A DNA stretch of 60,835 nucleotides, filler included, from Sluysia triapertura (taxonomy: Eukaryota), in the NCBI GenBank assembly GCA_046118255.1. It is 5 parts of 5 records of this genome, joined end to end, with 100 filler letters (N's around TTAATTAATTAA, not from the genome) between each part and the next. Parts side by side here need not be neighbours in the genome. Positions count along the whole stretch, not along the records: positions 48,926 to 60,835 come from JBJNIA010157158.1; 4 more parts are not named here. One strand, given 5' to 3'. Position numbers and translations under genes: made by a program. The notes beneath the pieces are model-generated. The model was not told the DNA's origin. It saw only the letters and a list, made by a program, of their open reading frames with translations, and did not search any database. Each line of letters begins with the position of its first letter. Positions within the stretch are counted from its first letter, which is position 1. This document shows positions 54,669 to 60,835 of this stretch, one piece after another.

Positions 54669-54943
54669 GTAAGTATTTCAGAAAATTATATTTCAAATAT
54701 ATAAACATTTAAGAAAATTCATTATTTATTAAAACTGAATGGTTCATTTAATAAAATATATGATATATCTCTCATAAAATCTCATAGTTGAACTCAATCT
54801 TGAACGGAACGGGATAGAAAACCTGTCAAGTATAAAAGTTGAGTTTTTCTAGTACATGAATCTTAATCATCCGGTTTCGATGTATAATGGATGTTTAGAA
54901 GAAACGAGATCCACGGTTAAATTAACTGATGTCAGAATATATA

Positions 54944-57900
54944 TGTGGTGGCCCAGCCAACACTTACCTACATATAATCATAAATCATGTACATAAACCT
55001 CATCAAAAAAATTACATCATAACAAACCTTGTCCATATCATTCACAACATCACACCACTCATCCTTACAAAATTTCAAACGTCTATGAGGCACTTCCCTC
55101 TTGCTTCTATCTAGCAATTTTTTATTTTTTTATTTGTATATTTTTATATCTTTAGTATAAAAGTAACTTCTCACATCGGGTTACAAGATCTTTCATACTT
55201 CTAAAATAGAAGTCTCTGAGTTTTTATTCGAAATATTTCTTGACAATAAATTAAACCAGAAGCTGCGACATCACTGATAACACAAACACCATCGCAACAG
55301 CTGCGCGCAACAATAACTAATACAACCACCAACACAATTGCTGCATCCGTTACTTCTTCCAGTGAAAGTACTACAGACTCACAAAATAATGTATGATATT
55401 ATTTCATTTCACGTTTTATTTCAAGTTAAACAATGAGTAGTGTCTTATCTCATCAAATCTAAGTGACTTCTTACTGCAACTACTGTATTATAAGTCATTT
55501 AACAATTCAATTATTAATCTGTACTATTCAGTTAATCACGTTTCACTTTGAATTTTAAGTTTTGCTTACTTTTTGTATAAAAAAAGAAAAGTAACATAAC
55601 TACATGTATATCATAACTACAATTTCACCTTATTTATCAATATCACTAAAATCAATAACAATGATTTCTATTGTTATACAGTAAATGAAGAAATACATGT
55701 TAATGTTAATTGTTTCTATACATATTGAGCAAAAAATCAAAATCATAGAGTCCTTTCGATATTATTTTCATATTTATATGGTGATTTCATTTTTAATAAT
55801 AATAATTATTATTATTTGAGAAATTCTATGAAATTTTTACAAGATAGTTAAAATCATAAAAAGTTTGTTGAAATGTTCCAAGTTTTTGAAAACTAGATTA
55901 GTATGATAAAGAAGAATTCAAAATTAATTCTTATTCTTATTTTGATTTTGAACATAATATTATTACAAAAATTTTATACTTTATTAGCAAAATTTTTTGA
56001 AATTATTTGAAATTATTGTCTCTTAGATAAAATGTTATTAGTTATGAAATGTACGACGACAAATTAGAAATTTTGAAATAATTTGAAATATTAAGCAGCT
56101 ACTGATGATGACGAACAAGACAAATTTAAGAATATGTCTTGGCTTGATCATTCTATAATATAGTTGTCTGTCAGTATATCAGAAAGTCATGAAACTAAAA
56201 CCTTGTCAAAATTGATCGATTTTATGCTTCATTTAGGAACATTAGTAGAGGATGATGAAAGAACAACAACAATAGAGACCATTTTAAAATTGAACCATGA
56301 AGATTTCAATTTAATTGAACCTAATTTTTGTAATGATTGTTGTGAATTAGTTAGGTTGAGATTTAGTATAGTATCTCAAGCTATTCCTTTAAATGTGTCT
56401 GTCTAATGCTATTTTAAAGAAGTGTACATTCTTCTGATTATTTTAAGATTTAATTGTTTTTATTTTAATTTATATGTTGAAAATTTTTGCTTAAAACATG
56501 CATTAAAAGCTTTTAAATTAATTTAAATTAAAAGCTTTTATATTAATTTTAATTTAAAATATAATTACAAGTTAAATAATATAACTTATTTATAAAATCA
56601 GTGTATTTTTTATTTGTGTATGTGAAGTTACTAACATCGAATTTGTATTGAGTTTAACATTTATGCTGCTACATTACAATGTTTAACGATAATAATGATA
56701 TATTTGTAAAGTACTTTGAGATATGCTTTGTGTCTACGTTGTAAGTTCAATATAATTCCAGATATTTTTGATTTTTAATTTGCAAAATTAGTTGGCATTC
56801 AAATTCACAATGTTTAGAAATTATGGGTTTTGTCTGTATCTGCTGTTTGCGAAATTTATGATGAATTTTTGTGTAAATAAATCGAACTTAACAATGTCTT
56901 ACAATTATACTTGTGATATATTATCGTAAATAGCCTTTAATTTGGTATAATGTAATAAAATATTTAATAAAAAATCAATTTTTTTTGTATTTCTATGACA
57001 TGTTAAAAACAGCAAATGCTGTATGTCTCATGTTTATTGTTATATTTCGAAATTTGTATTATTCAATATATGGAGATGCAGACCTTATTTGTGCTAATAA
57101 AAAATGCCTTTTTGAAACTAATTAGGTTAAATGGATTGAATTATGTCAAAATTATATGTATTCAAATAAATCAGTAATTGTAAAGTACTGCGTAATTCCA
57201 AATTCATGTCTTACCATATTTGATTCTGTTCTGTATGACTCACATTTACATTTTTATGAATCAACGTGTGCAAACGACGCACATTACTTTGTACGATTAT
57301 GAATCATGGAGATTTAGTATTTGAAGCAGATGATGACCTGGCTTTAACTATGAGAATAACATTTTATTTTTTATTTACGATTATATGATGTTTTAACTTT
57401 TATCTGCTGTTTTAATAAATTTGTAAATTTAGTCGTTTTTTGTTACAATTGTCACGTTTAAAAGACCTTAAGCCTAGTTTAGTAATTAATAAATTTATTA
57501 TTATTTTAACAGTTTTTAATTTATTGAATTTTAATAGTTTTTTATTAAAGAAAATGTTAATCTTTTTTAATATAAAAATAAATAAAAATAATTTGTTAAT
57601 TTTAAAATATAAAAAGCCCTCCCCACAACAATTCGTTTGTAATTAAAAAAAAACATAATTTTAAAATAAATACAACAATAAAATATTTTAGAAGTATGAA
57701 AGATCTTGTAACCCAGTGTGAGAAGTTACTTTTATACTAAAGATATACAAATATACAAATAAAAAAATAAAAAATTACGAGATAGAAGCAAAAGGAAAGT
57801 GCGTCATAATAATGGCGAAATGACAGTGAGCGTTGTGTTTAATAAAATAATTTTTATTAGACGTTTGAAATTTTGTAAAGATGAGTGGTGTGATGTTGTG

Positions 57901-57999
57901 AATAATATGGACAAGGTTTGTTATGATATAATTTTTTGTGATGAGATTGATGTACATGATTTTTGTGATATGTAGGTAAGTGTGGGCTGGGTCACCACA
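54944..57999. mobile_element. Inverted-repeat-bounded unit (left arm 54944-55208, right arm ~57685-57999)
   Basis: The arms are highly similar reverse complements; the right arm carries an extra ~50 bp. Ends TGTGGTG...CACCACA. ATATA at 54939-54943 and 58000-58004. Confidence 0.6.
57000..57302 (+). pseudogene. Secreted Cys-rich protein pseudogene
   Basis: MLKTANAVCLMFIVIFRNLYYSIYGDADLICANKKCLFETN*VKWIELCQ..KYCVIPNSCLT..STC: signal-like leader, about 6 further Cys, one in-frame TAG. Confidence 0.35.
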
Positions 58000-60835
58000 A
58001 TATACTAATCCGTTTATTATATTTTTAAGAGTAATTTTATTATATTGTTCATTTCTTCAAAATAAATTTAAATTAAATTTCGTTGTATGTTTTCTACAAT
58101 TCCTTTTTCTGTTAAAGTCCTTAAGGTTATGTTGTTAATTAATTTATTAATAGTTAAAATTTATAATATATTCGTTAATTTGTTGATAAAGTTACTGAAA
58201 GCGATTAGTAACTTTAAAACTAAAGAGGACATTACGAGAAAGTTTGTCCGGAATATGCTCCAAACTTTCTGCTAGGTAAAATGAATCAAATTTGCATGAT
58301 GGAAAAATTGAACCAAATCTAAATTTTGCTAGAATGTATTGTGAAACGCTGTAGCTCACAAATGTCGTCATGATTATTGTTATCACCATTGACAATAACT
58401 AGCTTAAAGATTGAGGCTCAGTGTTAATTATCTGCAAGTATTTTATGCTAAAAATGCTTAAACTCTTATGCTTGCAAAAAACTGAGAGTCATTTCGCTTA
58501 ATATCCATGCTTTACACCAATTTTGGAGACGTGTTATATAGTCACTATATTATAGTGAGTTAGAAAGAATCAAACTACGTTAATCTTAATGTGGCTTTTA
58601 ACTTTGTCTCTCTATTTAGAATTTAATTATGTTCCATTAGCCTTTTTAATGTCTAGTATAAAAACAATATATTTTATTAATAACACTATCCTTCTTAAGG
58701 TCTAGTTTCAAAATAAAAATTAATTTATAATTAGTAAAATTAACGCTAAGTCATCTTATATTACTCCAGAAAACACTAAAATTAAAAGTACAGAATTACA
58801 AAGTATAATAACAATATAATTTTATATTTACGTTCAAATTATTGACGTATTTTAAATTGATTTTCGATTATGCTAGTCTTATTAAGATCCAGCTCAAAAA
58901 CAAAGATTTTTATTATGATTTTAGCTTTTCCTTATTAATGTGAAAAAATAAACTTATCAATAAAAAATTTATCTAAAATTTATTTTCAAATTTTGTTCTA
59001 CTTCTTACTAAAAAATTACTTGTTTTATAGTAGATTTGGTGAAGCCATATTAAATTCTTATTTATTTTTCTAAATTGATTAGTTTAAACAAAAATAAAGA
59101 AAATTACCTAAATTAATTGATTTAAACAAAATATAATAAAAATTAAGTAAAATTTATTTTATTTTATTAAAAATTAGTTAATTTAATTTATATTAAAATT
59201 TTATTTTTCTTTTTTCTAAAATTTTTATTTTAATTTTTTTATCTTCTTAAATTATTTTAATTTTCTTACTTTAAAATAATAAAATACATTTAATAGAATA
59301 CATTTAAAATACAACAAAATTTACAAATTTACAAATTGCACCTTGACATTATTTCTTGTTGTATCTACATCGTACTTTATTAATTATATTATTGAATAAG
59401 TTTACAAGATTTATAACATGAAAGAAGTTAATATTATACCTGTGTTTAATATGGAATATGATCTGGGGCTATTCAAAGTGGCAGCTAACATGTTCACAAA
59501 AAATTTCATTTCTTTTAATAGTGACTATAAATTATAAAATTATATTATTGAAAAATTAATTAGAGATAAAATTCGTGTTGACATGGATTGTTATGGTATA
59601 CAAATTACGATACTAATTAATTCTCTCATATGACGAAGGGACAAATAATATTGCGATTCGAGAAATCTATCGATTACACATTGTAATAATTTCATTGCAC
59701 AAAGATTATTATAAAGATAATTCACAATTGTAATATAAATCAAATAAATAATTAAAAATGAAGAAAACTATCAATTTTCTTTATTTGAATTTAATTTAAA
59801 TTATTTGAACCAGGTATAATAATTGATTTTCAATGTTTTAAGTGATAATTTAATGCTATATTTGTTAAAGCAAGAAATCTATCAATTATTAACTTACGTG
59901 TACAATAATCCAAAAAAAAATAATTACATTTGTATAAAGAATTTTCTCGAATGAGATATGATTAAACGAATCTTGCTAATCAAAATCTGTAAAAGAATCG
60001 ACGATTTGATGGAAAAATTTGTATTTTAAACTGAATCGCAGTAAAGTTCAATTTGTCCTTCAATTTACTCCAAAAAGCTTTAAAGACTTGAGTGTGATTT
60101 TTCGCATATATATGTTTTATTTTTAGAGAATAAAAATATCGTTAAATAACAATTAATTAGAAATAAAATACTAAATCTTTGAAACTTTTATTGAAATTTA
60201 GATTAGTAATAAAATAGAAAATATTTAAAGTAAAATTTTTATTGAAAATAATAATTTAAAATCTTTTTAAAATAAATACATTATATATATTCATTAAAAT
60301 TTTTATTAAAATAAACCATTATATACATTTATTATTAATACCACTAATATATTACAAATTATTTACAAAAATTAAAAATTATACTTATTTATGAAATTAA
60401 TTACAATTCTAGTCTTTGTATTTTAATCTTTGTATGACGACGATGCAATAGCTCAAACATGTACTGCAATAGGTGGTTCAACTTTTACCTAAAATTGTAC
60501 CAAAATTGCAACATTAAAACTTCGCATTTTACGCAACACAAACCCAAACTAAACATATAACATTTGAACAGCTCAATTTATAAAATTTATTAACTCTAAA
60601 AAAACAATAAAATAATATACTAACAATATAAATAATACGATAATAAAATTTTCAAATTTGCATTACCATAAACTAGAGTCCAACATCCTTATAACTGGAC
60701 CCATTATTACAAATAGTCATAAAAATGCACTTTATGAATTTATCTTCACATGTAACAAGAGAAATTCTTCTAATTTAGAAGAAATAGAGAAAAAATCACG
60801 AAATTTTGAGCAGAAAACTCGTACGAAACATAAAA

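Noticed and set aside
20185-57302. Stop-codon reassignment to explain the many in-frame stops
   Set aside because: TAA, TAG and TGA all occur together with frameshifts. The conserved genes have stop-free exons and end normally in TAA or TAG.

Overview
Very AT-rich eukaryotic (apparently metazoan/invertebrate) genomic DNA with GT-AG introns. It is assembled from several contigs joined by artificial 100-bp N/TTAATTAATTAA spacers plus one sized gap. Recognisable host genes: a divergent multi-exon folliculin-interacting protein gene (FNIP/Lst4, minus, ~1.4-10.9 kb), the last exon of glucosamine-6-phosphate deaminase (GNPDA, 19.1 kb), and the last two PH-domain exons of a cytohesin-like gene (49.0 and 53.5 kb). 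The rest is transposon relics (Ty3/Gypsy internal region and LTRs, Tc1/mariner, pogo, piggyBac-like, CR1/L2 LINE tail, a MITE), decayed gene copies (BTB, TRAF/MATH, Cys-rich secreted proteins), orphan ORFs and ATT/ACT repeats. Two structures stand out. (1) A Gypsy element in which an intronless, co-oriented SET/NAP histone-chaperone copy sits between the LTR and the pol remnant (26.9-29.8 kb). (2) A 3-kb unit bounded by ~260-310-bp inverted TGTGGTG...CACCACA repeats, flanked by ATATA on both sides, carrying gene-like cargo (54.9-58.0 kb). All homology calls come from manual translation and motif recognition; no database search was run.
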